Assembly: GCF_053078305.1 (NCBI RefSeq)
Contig: NZ_CP166879.1
DNA: 64,000 bases
Strand: one strand, 5' to 3'
A program made the position numbers and the translations under genes. The notes under the pieces were generated by a model that had not been told where the DNA came from, ran no database searches, and saw only the letters and a list, made by a program, of their open reading frames with translations. Below are positions 27,683-37,772 of this stretch, piece by piece. Positions within the stretch are counted from its first letter, which is position 1; every line of letters starts with the position of its first letter.

Positions 27683-28192
27683 TTATCCTTGAGTGTTAAA
27701 CGTTAAATCATCAACGAGTAGATCTATGTGAGGTTGAATAGCCAATATTTTTGCATGCAAAACTCTACCTGTTCTTAACTTTTCCGCAGGAGTTTTTGCA
27801 TCTGAAAGCTCAGAAATATTTTCCCTTATTTCAGCACAAAAATTTTCTGAGTCTATGCTCAATTTTACTTTATTGTTAGGTTTTATTGCTTGGGCTGCAA
27901 ATAAATCGATGAAATCCTCTATTTCAGAAATTATTGGTTCTAAACTTATGCCTCGAACATTTTCCTCATTCGAACCAGGACCAATTGCTCTTAGAGATTT
28001 TATGGCGGTTGATAACTTTCCATGAAGGTTGCCTGCGTCCCTTATACTACGTTGATAATTGACCGTAGCTAAAGCCTTTTGAGCTTCTGTGGCGGCATCC
28101 CGCGACTTTTTCCACCCCCATAGTGAACACATAGCACCAACTATGGTAACAAAAGTACCTATCCTTGATAGCCAGACATCTGTATTTTCCAT
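27683..28192 (-). CDS. Membrane-anchored protein of unknown function (cargo, upstream partner of the YfbU-like gene)
   Basis: 169 aa, single N-terminal TM helix (WLSRIGTFVTIVGAMCSLWGW) then soluble domain; 5-bp gap to downstream gene; AT-rich. Confidence 0.45.
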   Translation of the reverse strand: MENTDVWLSRIGTFVTIVGAMCSLWGWKKSRDAATEAQKALATVNYQRSIRDAGNLHGKLSTAIKSLRAIGPGSNEENVRGISLEPIISEIEDFIDLFAAQAIKPNNKVKLSIDSENFCAEIRENISELSDAKTPAEKLRTGRVLHAKILAIQPHIDLLVDDLTFNTQG

Positions 28193-28277
28193 TAAAGCAC
28201 CAAAAACAATCTGTTAAGGATAGCTATATGATACATATATCTTCAATGATGTCATGTATCTGATTTGTGAGCTGTGA

Positions 28278-30341
28278 TCAGTCCTTACGGTAGTGGTACG
28301 CCTCAAAACCGCCAGCGTTCAGTGGGATATCGGGCGCCCATTCGGGGTTAGTGGAGAGAAGCGCGGAAAGCGCTTTATCGTTGAAATCTTCTGTGTCAGG
28401 TGCTTCGGTGATCACCTCGTCGTGTACCGTCAGCACAATGCTGTAACCGGCATCTTCGATAAGCGGCATGTTTCCGGCCAGAACGTCGCGGGCGGCCGCT
28501 TGGGTGACGTTCTCCACCAGCTTTCCGCCGTAGGTTTTGAGTCGTTGCCATTTACGTGAATAAGAGTTAACACCCATATAGGTGATATTCCCTTTTTCGA
28601 TAATCGGAGACGGGTAGCATACAGCGCGTCCAGATGGCAGCTGTATGCGCAGCCACGCGCCATCACGTCGGATTTTAAGATAGCCGCAATACAATGTTTT
28701 TTGCGGTGTGGCGATTGCAGTGCGGACGGTGCGCTCCAGTTCGTACCAGAAATCACAGGTCGCGGGATGCGCCCGGCGCCAGAGACGTTTAAGTGAGTCG
28801 CAGGCGATAAATACCCGTTCAGAAAGCCCGTAGGTTGACTTGCGTTTAACCGATTCGTCGTACCAGCTTTTCGCCTCGCGGATAACATCGCGGGGAATGT
28901 TTGGTAGTGCGGCGTTCGCCAGCTCGTCGAGATCGAGACCGTAAACCAGTGCAAAAGTGATGAAGGCCGACACACCACCACCATAACCCAGACCGAGTTC
29001 CATGACTTTACCGATCTGACGCATGTGTTTATCAACATCATCTGGTGCAATATCGAAAGCTTTTGCATACGCCAGTTTATATAAGTCCGGACCCGTTCCG
29101 GCGTCGTACTCTCTGAATGCATTCAGTTTCCATTCTTCTCCCGCCAGCCATGCCAGCATACGGCCTTCAATGTTCGACAAGTCACTTACCACCAGCTTTT
29201 TGCCTGTTGGCGCGATAATGCAGCCACGTAACGCTGAACTGGTTAGTTCCATGATATTGTCAAACAGCAGGTCTGCACATCCGGCTTTCAGTGCTTCGAT
29301 GCCTTCGTCTATTTGTTCCTGTTTTAGTGAAGGGCGGGGAAGGTTCTGGGGCTGGAATAGCCGTCCGGCCCAACGACCGGTACGTGACGCCCCGCAGAAC
29401 TGTAGCGTACCGCGTAAGCGCCCGTCGTGGCTTACGCCTTTCATCAGTGCCTTGTATTTACTGGTGCTGGTAGTACTGGCCTGCAGGCGGATAGCCAGCA
29501 GTTCTTTCACGGCAGATGGTAAATCGGGGTCGGCAATACGACGTTCCAGAGTACTGCGTTGCATGTCTGGTAGCTCCACACCGTAGGATTCAACAATGTG
29601 CTTAATCAACGCGTCTCGTTGTGTGGCTGCCTGCACTTCGCCATCAGTCATTTCCTGTGTACGCTTTGCCAGGCGCTTTTGTTCCTGGTCTACCGCGTCG
29701 ATCGCAGCGCGTGCGAGTTCCACGTCCATGCAGACGCCCCGGTCATTGATCTGCTGATCACGATGCCAGAGCGCCAGTTCTGTCCCCTGATAATTCCACT
29801 TCGGCAGACGTTTATAGACTTCGCGCATTGCCTCGATATCCAGTCCGGCGTAAGCAACAAAGCGCCGCCATTCTTCCGGGTGGGTTTTGCTGGTGGCCCG
29901 GCGCAGTTTGCTGTTTTTCGGGCGTGGCTTACAGAACAGCTGGATCAGCGCTTTACCTTCTTTGTCCTTCGCTTTGTCTTGCGGGACGCCTAGTACTTCG
30001 CAGAGTTCCCCCAGAGACCCCGGGAGACCGTGCGCCAGCGCCTGCACCATTGTGTCGCGCCAACGTTCGACTGGCGGTGCCAGGCGCGGCATTGCATAAC
30101 GCAGAACGGTGCGGTCGAAGTGAGAGTTATGGAAATAAAGCAGGGTTTCAGGGTCTGCGATTGCTTCGTATAAGCCGTGTGGAATACCACCACCGGCAGT
30201 GATATCCCACACGTTTACTGGCCCGTCGTTGATAGCCCATGCGAAAAGCATCACTTCAACGCCTTCGGCATACGCATGGGTACCGTTCGTAATAGGGATT
30301 TCGCAATAGGTTTCCAGGTCGCCCCATAGTATATTGGACAT
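28278..30341 (-). CDS. Family-A (Pol I-like) DNA polymerase
   Basis: 687 aa; motif B-like [16 protein letters not shown] and motif C-like [12 protein letters not shown]-terminal region consistent with a 3'-5' exonuclease domain. Confidence 0.72.
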   Translation of the reverse strand: MSNILWGDLETYCEIPITNGTHAYAEGVEVMLFAWAINDGPVNVWDITAGGGIPHGLYEAIADPETLLYFHNSHFDRTVLRYAMPRLAPPVERWRDTMVQALAHGLPGSLGELCEVLGVPQDKAKDKEGKALIQLFCKPRPKNSKLRRATSKTHPEEWRRFVAYAGLDIEAMREVYKRLPKWNYQGTELALWHRDQQINDRGVCMDVELARAAIDAVDQEQKRLAKRTQEMTDGEVQAATQRDALIKHIVESYGVELPDMQRSTLERRIADPDLPSAVKELLAIRLQASTTSTSKYKALMKGVSHDGRLRGTLQFCGASRTGRWAGRLFQPQNLPRPSLKQEQIDEGIEALKAGCADLLFDNIMELTSSALRGCIIAPTGKKLVVSDLSNIEGRMLAWLAGEEWKLNAFREYDAGTGPDLYKLAYAKAFDIAPDDVDKHMRQIGKVMELGLGYGGGVSAFITFALVYGLDLDELANAALPNIPRDVIREAKSWYDESVKRKSTYGLSERVFIACDSLKRLWRRAHPATCDFWYELERTVRTAIATPQKTLYCGYLKIRRDGAWLRIQLPSGRAVCYPSPIIEKGNITYMGVNSYSRKWQRLKTYGGKLVENVTQAAARDVLAGNMPLIEDAGYSIVLTVHDEVITEAPDTEDFNDKALSALLSTNPEWAPDIPLNAGGFEAYHYRKD

Positions 30342-30387
30342 GTGTTTACCTTGGTTTTTATTCTATTAACTGATTAAAAGATTAATT

Positions 30388-31017
30388 ATGCATATGATCC
30401 AATACTTGATTGACCATACAGAGCATCTGGAGAAAATAGCTGGATATATTTTTTCATGTTTGATTGTTATGGGAGTCTGGATAAGAAAGATCATTTTTAA
30501 TTATAAGTATAAAGAGCCTAAATATGTCAAGAAGTTAATTTTATATTTAGTTAAGTATGAACGTTATCTGGATGAGGAGGATAAGAGTGCCATAGAAAAA
30601 AGAATAAATGATAAAATTATTCGTGATGCGCTGAAATTGCAATCCTCTTATAACCGAAGAGATGTTATTTACATTTGCAATAGATTAGAAAAAAGACAGT
30701 ATATAAATCAGTTGATTAAGCTTCAGAATTATATAGAGAAAGATAACGGAGTGTTTTTTATTAATGTTGATTTTTCAGGTTTTTTATTTATTATTAGTCG
30801 TCTGTTTTCCTTTCTGTGTTTTGTGCTGTTTACCCTTTTTTCTATTATCTGCATTATTTCCATAGGGCAAAATGAAGGCCTTTTAAATTATCTTGTGTAT
30901 ATGGTTATGATAATAGTTTTAGAGACTGTTGGTTTTTGGATGTATGATACTTTCCCGTCTAAGAAAAAGATCTGTGAACTAAATAAAGAATTGAGAAAGA
31001 TTAAGATTCCTGAGTGA
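30388..31017 (+). CDS. AT-rich membrane protein of unknown function (cargo)
   Basis: 209 aa, one N-terminal and two C-terminal hydrophobic helices, K/E-rich middle; very AT-rich; divergent from polymerase gene. Confidence 0.5.
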   Translation: MHMIQYLIDHTEHLEKIAGYIFSCLIVMGVWIRKIIFNYKYKEPKYVKKLILYLVKYERYLDEEDKSAIEKRINDKIIRDALKLQSSYNRRDVIYICNRLEKRQYINQLIKLQNYIEKDNGVFFINVDFSGFLFIISRLFSFLCFVLFTLFSIICIISIGQNEGLLNYLVYMVMIIVLETVGFWMYDTFPSKKKICELNKELRKIKIPE

Positions 31018-31033
31018 TTATACGCCTAATCAG

Positions 31034-31058
31034 TAGCCCGGTGTTTAACCGGGCGTCT
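31034..31058. terminator. Hairpin between convergent genes
   Basis: gcccggt-gttta-accgggc 7-bp stem; no strong U-tract. Confidence 0.35.
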
Positions 31059-31069
31059 ATGAAGTAGGG

Positions 31070-31618
31070 TTAAATTAGTGCTTCAGCATCAGCACCTTCG
31101 CTGATATCGTCGAAATCGTCAGCGCTTGCCACTCCGCCGCCAGCGAATGCATCGCCGTCTCGCAGGAACTGGACTCCGCCGAGTGAGGCATTAATGCGTT
31201 TACCGAAATTATTGTCCTGTGCCCAGATATCGATAACGGCGTTTACATAGCACCCTGCATAGGGACGTCCGTCAGCCTGAATAAGTGGCGAACGATCGCG
31301 ATCAAGAACAGCTGGGCGCGCTTTGTTAGCAGCATTCAGGAAGAAATTACCGGGGAAGCCTTCATACTCTGCTTTTTCATCACCATCATGCAGGCACAGA
31401 TTGAGTTTTTTCTCCAGCTGGTTATAAATGGGCTCCCACTTCTCTCCCCATTTTTCCTTCGCTACCTGCTTCATAGCTTTACGGATTTCTTCCAGTTGTG
31501 GGTGTTTGGGAGACATTAAAAATACTGCGGAGAAACGCGGATCGCCTTCGCCGTTTACAGTTTTAGCTTCAAACAGAGACGGGAAGGCCAGACGAACATT
31601 GTTCAGCTTCAGTTTCAT
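31070..31618 (-). CDS. Putative phage ssDNA-binding protein (DUF2815-like)
   Basis: 182 aa with acidic C-terminal tail (DDFDDISEGADAEALI) typical of SSB-like proteins; co-occurs with the downstream nuclease in phage replication modules. Confidence 0.55.
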   Translation of the reverse strand: MKLKLNNVRLAFPSLFEAKTVNGEGDPRFSAVFLMSPKHPQLEEIRKAMKQVAKEKWGEKWEPIYNQLEKKLNLCLHDGDEKAEYEGFPGNFFLNAANKARPAVLDRDRSPLIQADGRPYAGCYVNAVIDIWAQDNNFGKRINASLGGVQFLRDGDAFAGGGVASADDFDDISEGADAEALI

Positions 31619-31633
31619 GGGTATTTCCTTAAA

Positions 31634-32935
31634 TCAGATGAGGTCTGCGGTTAGCGTATCGTCGGATACGTCGTCGAAATCATTTACAGGGTTGATATTG
31701 AGTGCGGGGCGTGGGTCTGACTCGGGAACGACGGTTGGTTTACCATCAGCTCGTGTTATCAGTGCCTCGACTTTTGACCAACGGCGTGGACTGGCCTTTT
31801 TGATAAGTTTTTCGGCTTTTGTGGGACTAATAAGTTTAAAGTCGAATACTTCTTCAGTTTTGTACCTGAACTGGTCCTTCAGAAGTGCGCGAGCTGCCTC
31901 TTCATCACTCCAGGCCCGGTTACCTTGTTTTCCTGTTACCAGTTTAAACCCCGGTACCGGATGTCCGGCATTGAGTTCATTGTGAACCCGGTCCCGTACT
32001 GCCTTTAGCCAGGATTCAATAAAGTCGGCCTGGCTATAGATCTCCGCAAGCTGCTCAATGGTTAACAGAGGTACACGTGCGCTGGCATTGGTGATTATTT
32101 CGCTGACAGGCTTTGTCAGATCTTCAAAATCGCTGGCCGCTGTTTGTAAATGCTGCATTTTCTGGGCAGTGCAAATAGCTTTTGCTTTACAGAAGCGGCA
32201 CTGTTTTTCTCCAGGTATGAAGTTTTCCAGCGGTAGTGTCTCAATGCCTTCGCATTCAGCAATATTGAGAACAAGGATCGCACTGGTTGCGGCCTCCTGT
32301 GCCCGTTCACCGAAAGACTGAAGTTCCTGTACGGTTAACGACCATTCTGAAACGTGGTTGAGCCTTGGCTGGTGAATAAATAATCTTACAGTCTCAAAGT
32401 CATACAGCATGCTGAATTGTTCGAGCGCACCCAGAGCATACAGTTGTAGTTGCTCATTTTGTTCTGCATCAATGCGGACGCCTTTGCCATATTTCAGGTC
32501 GTGGATTTGTAATTCGTTACCAGCGATGATTATGCCGTCGGCAGTTCCGAAAGATTCTTCCACCCCCGTTATATGTGAGAAATCAACACGTTGTTCAACC
32601 AATAGTTCATTATTCTGTGCAAGAGTCCAGACCGTATCAACATACCGGCCAACGGCTTCGACCATTTCATCATCCACCTGTGGGCCAGATGTATCATCAG
32701 GATTTTCGCGAAGGGGGTATGAGCCGAGAAACATAGAAACATTGCATCCGGCGTAGTGTTCCGGGTGGCTTTGCCTGTTTCGTAGAACTTTTTCAGCAAG
32801 CGCGTGCGCTGCAGTGCCCTCGATTGCAAAAGTTGTTTCTTTATCCGGTTGTGTGGCCTCCAGCGCCAGACTTCCTGGGCAGCGCATCCATCGATGCGCT
32901 GATGATGGAGAAAGTTGTGCATGAACGTCTGGCAT
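31634..32935 (-). CDS. PD-(D/E)XK nuclease, Cas4/RecB-like (DUF2800-like)
   Basis: 433 aa; C-terminal cysteine cluster [10 protein letters not shown] plus additional Cys residues resembling a Cas4-type Fe-S motif. Confidence 0.6.
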   Translation of the reverse strand: MPDVHAQLSPSSAHRWMRCPGSLALEATQPDKETTFAIEGTAAHALAEKVLRNRQSHPEHYAGCNVSMFLGSYPLRENPDDTSGPQVDDEMVEAVGRYVDTVWTLAQNNELLVEQRVDFSHITGVEESFGTADGIIIAGNELQIHDLKYGKGVRIDAEQNEQLQLYALGALEQFSMLYDFETVRLFIHQPRLNHVSEWSLTVQELQSFGERAQEAATSAILVLNIAECEGIETLPLENFIPGEKQCRFCKAKAICTAQKMQHLQTAASDFEDLTKPVSEIITNASARVPLLTIEQLAEIYSQADFIESWLKAVRDRVHNELNAGHPVPGFKLVTGKQGNRAWSDEEAARALLKDQFRYKTEEVFDFKLISPTKAEKLIKKASPRRWSKVEALITRADGKPTVVPESDPRPALNINPVNDFDDVSDDTLTADLI

Positions 32936-32937
32936 GA

Positions 32938-33840
32938 TTAACCCTCCAGTGCTTTTTCAGCCAGGGTGATTACTTCAGCGAGATTTTCATCCGTTACTTC
33001 ACCAAGTTTCCTGGCTCCCTGTTTTTCCAGAATTGCAATAGCTTCTGCCCGGTAACCCCCTTTTGCTAACTGGAGGATCAACCCTTCAGCTTGTTTGCGT
33101 AGTGCCGCGAAATCAATTGTATGGTCATCTTTGGCGTCATTATTCTGGCTGGAATTTGCTGCGTCTCTGCGTGCAAATTCTTCCTGCAGCTGAAGGTACT
33201 CAACACGGTTGATCTCGATATGGCCTTTTTTAAGCATCTCGTTCAACTTGCGTAAGGTGTGGAGTTCACTGGCTGCTGTGCCGGATACATTTTTGACGTA
33301 AAACGGCCCCGTGCGTTCTCCATCTTTGTTACTGGCCTTTTTCGGCTTAACTTCATCACGCCCATCTGCAGGTGCATCAAGTAGTTGCTCGGCAAAAGCA
33401 CGTCGCTCGCCGATGGTTGGCAGGTCGTCCCAGAACTTAAGAATGTTACGGGACAGGTCCAGAAGAGCGGGTTTATGCAGTGCCCTGGCTCGTTTGACGC
33501 CCTGCAATGCGCTGTCGAGAGCATCAATCTGAACTACTCGTTTATCGCCTTCAGCATCACGGTAGGCAACAGCACGTTGCAGCATGTCTTCTGTGATAGG
33601 GGTGGCTACCGGGTAGAAACCAGCCAGTGCGATAACGTCGCTGAACTCCAGATCATCCAGTGTCATTGCCGCTGACATATTTTCAGTTTCAGTTGCTGTA
33701 TCCCGACATTCCTGCACTCGTGAAATCGTGTCAGGATGCATAACAATACCTGATGCCATTGTGCGGATAAGACGTTCAAGCAGCGCATTATGTTGTGCCA
33801 GAAGTTGATTATTAAGTTCGAGACTGGTTTCTAAACTCAT
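32938..33840 (-). CDS. Hypothetical protein (replication module)
   Basis: 300 aa ORF, stop overlaps start of downstream gene; no recognisable motif. Confidence 0.45.
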   Translation of the reverse strand: MSLETSLELNNQLLAQHNALLERLIRTMASGIVMHPDTISRVQECRDTATETENMSAAMTLDDLEFSDVIALAGFYPVATPITEDMLQRAVAYRDAEGDKRVVQIDALDSALQGVKRARALHKPALLDLSRNILKFWDDLPTIGERRAFAEQLLDAPADGRDEVKPKKASNKDGERTGPFYVKNVSGTAASELHTLRKLNEMLKKGHIEINRVEYLQLQEEFARRDAANSSQNNDAKDDHTIDFAALRKQAEGLILQLAKGGYRAEAIAILEKQGARKLGEVTDENLAEVITLAEKALEG

Positions 33841-33986
33841 ACTGTGGTCCTCGCAACAAGGAGAATGAAAGTGATGATCAGACCGAGCGCAGTGGCAACG
33901 GCCAGACCGGTCATCAAATCGAAGTTTTTACGGCGATAACGGAGAACATCGCGCCCCGTCAGTCGATAGAGGTGTTCAGGTTTCAT
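33837..33986 (-). CDS. Small hydrophobic protein (49 aa)
   Basis: ATG at 33986..33984; [49 protein letters not shown]; stop overlaps ATG of gene 32938..33840. Confidence 0.35.
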   Translation of the reverse strand: MKPEHLYRLTGRDVLRYRRKNFDLMTGLAVATALGLIITFILLVARTTV

Positions 33987-34102
33987 CGGTTGTATTCCTT
34001 TTTTCATATCGGGGAGCGCGCTGTTGCGAGTGCGCTTTCAGACATAAAAAAGCCCGTCACTTGCGGCGGGCAAAGACTACACACAGCAATTACATGGATG
34101 AT

Positions 34103-34297
34103 TCAGTTGGTATTGTGCGTACGTGGTACCACAAGGTTGAAGCGGACACGCCAGTGCGTTGCAATGGTATGCAGGAAAGCACCACATCCAGGGCAGTGCT
34201 CATAACATTCGTTGATTTGGTATCGTTTTGGCTTTGGTGTCTGAAGCTGTGTTTGGCAAGCAGGGCATTCACCTTTGAGCGGTTTATATGTTTTCAC
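34103..34297 (-). CDS. Small Cys-rich putative zinc-finger protein
   Basis: 64 aa with CPAC...C..HCPGC arrangement; weak support. Confidence 0.3.
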   Translation of the reverse strand: MKTYKPLKGECPACQTQLQTPKPKRYQINECYEHCPGCGAFLHTIATHWRVRFNLVVPRTHNTN

Positions 34298-34576
34298 GCC
34301 GTTTCCTCATTCAGTTCACTTTGGTGGTTCGGCGGCTTCGACTTGTATCAGTAGGCAGTGCTTCGCCGCACCCCAAAGGGAACTTACTGACCCGTATTGC
34401 CGACATCCTGTCCCGCCACGGTCCCGACGCATGGTTTAGAGTCGCGCCGTTCGACTTGTGGCTAAAGATACAATTTGAGTTGTATTGTGTAAACCACAAA
34501 CGTGGTATTTTGTGGGGTGTGAATACTACTTTATTGATATTTAAGTGAATTTAATTTGTAAGACTTTACAAATGGG

Positions 34577-34600
34577 GTAAGGGAGGCTGTTACGCCTCCC
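34577..34600 (-). terminator. Hairpin downstream of repressor gene
   Basis: gggaggc-tgttac-gcctccc 7-bp stem directly 3' of the cI-like gene on the minus strand. Confidence 0.4.
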
Positions 34601-34619
34601 GATATTTACGGTGGGAATA

Positions 34620-35243
34620 CTAACGTTTACGGCGGTAAATACGGTGTTCGATCATTACACCTATGATCTGTAAGTTCATATCTGCACTACGAAAAATAGG
34701 GTAATCAGGATTTAGGGGGATTAATTCAAAGTCGTCGATGCCGATTCCTAATGGACGGTATTTTTTAAATGTAGCTTCGTGACCGTCGTTTTTGGCGACA
34801 ACAAACTCCCCTGGTGCAGGACATAGTTCAGGATCGATGATAACAATGTCTCCTTCTTTAAACTCTGGTTGCATGCTGTCGCCATCAATACGTAATGCGA
34901 AGCATGTTTCTGGAATGTCAGAGTCTGCCAAAATATATTCAAATTCCCCTGTCAGATCTGTTATGTCTCTTGCTTCTGTAAGCTCTCCTGCCTGAACGTA
35001 ACTTAATATAGGTATGCGTCTGGTACTTATCTCCGCGAGAGGCATAATATTTTTACCGTTCAGTAGCCAGTCTGGGCTACATTTCAAGGCCTTAGCCAGA
35101 TCCAGAAGATTGCGTGGCTTTCTGGTTCGTCCACTTTCGATGGATTCTATGGATTGTTGGCTAACCCCTGCAGAATTCGCTACTTCCACTTGAGTCATTC
35201 CTAATTCCAAACGACGTGCTTTAAAACGGGCTGCGAGAGACAT
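34620..35243 (-). CDS. cI-like prophage repressor (HTH_XRE plus S24 LexA-like peptidase)
   Basis: N-terminal HTH (LGMTQVEVANSAGVSQQSIESIESG) and C-terminal GDSM...K catalytic dyad; start at MSLAARF. Confidence 0.85.
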   Translation of the reverse strand: MSLAARFKARRLELGMTQVEVANSAGVSQQSIESIESGRTRKPRNLLDLAKALKCSPDWLLNGKNIMPLAEISTRRIPILSYVQAGELTEARDITDLTGEFEYILADSDIPETCFALRIDGDSMQPEFKEGDIVIIDPELCPAPGEFVVAKNDGHEATFKKYRPLGIGIDDFELIPLNPDYPIFRSADMNLQIIGVMIEHRIYRRKR

Positions 35244-35363
35244 GGGATTAGTCCTTCTGGGTTGTATTAATGTGTATACCCACATTAAAAACAATTTTTG
35301 TTGTATTTGACAAACCTCATTTGTTGTTGCTAAATACCACTAAAATTGTATGAGGTGAAAGCA
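35244..35363. promoter_or_regulatory. Divergent repressor/cro control region with operator palindrome
   Basis: Perfect 8-bp inverted repeat ttaatgtg-N6-cacattaa at 35267..35288; TTGACA at 35307..35312 and TAAATA at 35331..35336 oriented toward cro. Confidence 0.5.
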
Positions 35364-35576
35364 ATGACCTTAGCGACCCGAGTAAAAGAACGACGTAAAG
35401 AACTCAAAATGACGCAAGTTACGTTGGCTGAGCTCACAGGAGTGAGCCAGCAGGCAATAAACAGAATTGAAAGTGGTGTTATTGCTCGGCCACGTTATCT
35501 TCTTGAAATGTCTATAGCATTGGATTGCGACCCTAATTGGCTGTTGTATGGCTCACAAAACGATAAAAAGGCTTAA
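35364..35576 (+). CDS. Cro-like HTH regulator
   Basis: MTLATRVKERRKELKMTQVTLAELTGVSQQAINRIESG; gaggtga RBS before ATG at 35364. Confidence 0.7.
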   Translation: MTLATRVKERRKELKMTQVTLAELTGVSQQAINRIESGVIARPRYLLEMSIALDCDPNWLLYGSQNDKKA

Positions 35577-35579
35577 CCC

Positions 35580-37772
35580 ATGTCCGATAGCAAACCATGG
35601 GGAGCTACGCCTGATGAGTGGTTTCATTTCGACCTGGTATTGGGGAGAACTGATCATCTTCTCCCAGTTGTATGTAACCCCGGTGCGACCATATCCCCTG
35701 ATAGTAAACTGAAAGCGCTGGGTAAGACGCCAAGTCGCTATAACCGGGACCGCCAGGTCACCGGTATTGCTCAATGGACCGGGTATGTTGTTACTGAGCA
35801 TGATTTTGCCCGCTGGTCGAATGAACCGGATTATGGCATCTGCGTGCGTACAGGCCATGGCTGGCTGGCGCTGGACGGCGATAGCGAAGATGAAGACATT
35901 CAGGCAGATATTCGCAAAACGCTTGTGCAACTTCTGGGGGAGTTGCCGCCGCGACGCTGGCGAGCAAACAGTAATAAGTGTCTGTATCTGCTGGCCGTTG
36001 ATGGTGATTTCCGTAAGCGTATCCATCGCCTGGCGGGGGATATGGGCATTATCGAGTTGCTGGCGAACGGGCAGCAGTTCGTTGCCTGTGGTACGCACAG
36101 CAGCGGCGCGCGTATTGAATGGGACGGTGGTTTGCCGGATGAACCTCCGGCTATTACTGGTGAGCAGCTTGAAACGCTGTGGCAGCGCCTGGCTGAACAA
36201 CTCCCTGTGTCGGTAACCACCGAAGCGGGCAACACGAAGATGCGCGACCGATCAGCATTCACGCCCGGCGCGACGGATGATACAGCTGAATATCTTGATG
36301 CCAATGGCTGGACGCTGCTGGATGGCGCAAATGGTGAACGATATATCCGCTGTCCGTTTGAAGACGGCCACAGTAGCGGGGGCGATCCAACAAGCACAGC
36401 TTATTTTCCTGCGGGAACCGCGGGCTTTGAGCAGGGGCATTTTAAATGCCTGCATGCCAGTTGTGCGCATCGTGATGACGGAGATTTCCTTAATGCCATC
36501 GGGATCCGCAACGACGATTTCGAAGATCTGACCAGCACCGAAGTGGCGGAACCTTTACCGCTGCCTGCTTTCGAGCGTGATAAATGGGGGCGTATCGAGG
36601 CAACCATCAGCAACGCAGCCAAAGCAGTAGTACGCCCTGATTTTGTGGACATCGATATTCGCTTTGACCAGTTCCGCGACGAAATCATGTTTGCCTCTGC
36701 AGGATCCGGACAATGGCGAGCATTCACCGATGCGGATTATGCGCGCCTGCGCATCACGATGGAAAAGCGGGGATTTAAACCTGTTGGTCGTGAACTTATT
36801 CGCGATGTGGTGTTACTTGCAGCCGATGAACAACCATTCGATTCAGCGATTACCTGGCTGAACGGGCTGGAGTGGGATGGCGTGCCGCGCATCGAATGTT
36901 TCTACCATACGCACTTCGGTACAGCCGACACGCCTTATACCCGTGCGGTGTCTATGTACATGTGGACCGCGTTGGCGGGGCGAGTACTGGAGCCAGGCAT
37001 CAAAGCGGATATGGTGCCGATCCTCGTTGGTCCGCAGGGCTGCGGTAAGTCTTCCGGAGTGGAGGCACTGAGCCCTGATCCTGCGTTTTTTACTGAAATC
37101 TCTTTTGCCGAAAAAGACGATGATCTCGCTCGAAAAATGCGTGGTCGGCTGGTGGCAGAGATTGGTGAACTGCGCGGACTTAATACCAAAGAGCTGGAGT
37201 CAATCAAAGCGTTTGTGACGCGTACTCACGAAAACTGGATCCCGAAATACCGGGAGTTCGCCACCCAGTTTCCTCGTCGCCTGGTGTTCGTTGGTACCAC
37301 CAATGAGGACGAATTCCTTGCGGACAAGACTGGTAACCGTCGCTGGCTCCCCGTGGAAGTGTCGAAAGTCGACGTGAAAGCGATAAAAAGAGATCTCCTT
37401 TTACTTTGGGCTGAGGCTCGTGAGGTGTTTCAGCGTCTGGGGGGTATCCAGTTCCGTGAGGCTGAACAACTGGCAGCGAGTGTCCATGAACAGTACACCA
37501 TCAAGGATGCTTGGCTTGAAACGGTAGAGAAATGGCTCGACACGCCAGACCTGATGACTAATGAACTTCCGCGAAATTGCGAATTTTTACGCGCAAGTGA
37601 TGTTTTGCGTGATGCGATTGGGCTAAATCCTGACCGCATCGGAAAACGCGAAGAAATGCGAATTAGTAATGTTTTGCAAAATTGCGGGTATAAGCGTGTC
37701 CAAAGGCGAATTGGGGGGAAAATGACTCGAATTTTTGAGGCGGTGTCCCAACCTGTACCAGCCTCAAAATAG
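35580..37772 (+). CDS. Phage replication primase-helicase (primase domain plus D5/VirE-like P-loop NTPase)
   Basis: 730 aa; Walker A GPQGCGKSS and downstream motif LVFVGTTNE; Cys/His cluster (CLHASCAH) in N-terminal half. Confidence 0.72.
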   Translation: MSDSKPWGATPDEWFHFDLVLGRTDHLLPVVCNPGATISPDSKLKALGKTPSRYNRDRQVTGIAQWTGYVVTEHDFARWSNEPDYGICVRTGHGWLALDGDSEDEDIQADIRKTLVQLLGELPPRRWRANSNKCLYLLAVDGDFRKRIHRLAGDMGIIELLANGQQFVACGTHSSGARIEWDGGLPDEPPAITGEQLETLWQRLAEQLPVSVTTEAGNTKMRDRSAFTPGATDDTAEYLDANGWTLLDGANGERYIRCPFEDGHSSGGDPTSTAYFPAGTAGFEQGHFKCLHASCAHRDDGDFLNAIGIRNDDFEDLTSTEVAEPLPLPAFERDKWGRIEATISNAAKAVVRPDFVDIDIRFDQFRDEIMFASAGSGQWRAFTDADYARLRITMEKRGFKPVGRELIRDVVLLAADEQPFDSAITWLNGLEWDGVPRIECFYHTHFGTADTPYTRAVSMYMWTALAGRVLEPGIKADMVPILVGPQGCGKSSGVEALSPDPAFFTEISFAEKDDDLARKMRGRLVAEIGELRGLNTKELESIKAFVTRTHENWIPKYREFATQFPRRLVFVGTTNEDEFLADKTGNRRWLPVEVSKVDVKAIKRDLLLLWAEAREVFQRLGGIQFREAEQLAASVHEQYTIKDAWLETVEKWLDTPDLMTNELPRNCEFLRASDVLRDAIGLNPDRIGKREEMRISNVLQNCGYKRVQRRIGGKMTRIFEAVSQPVPASK

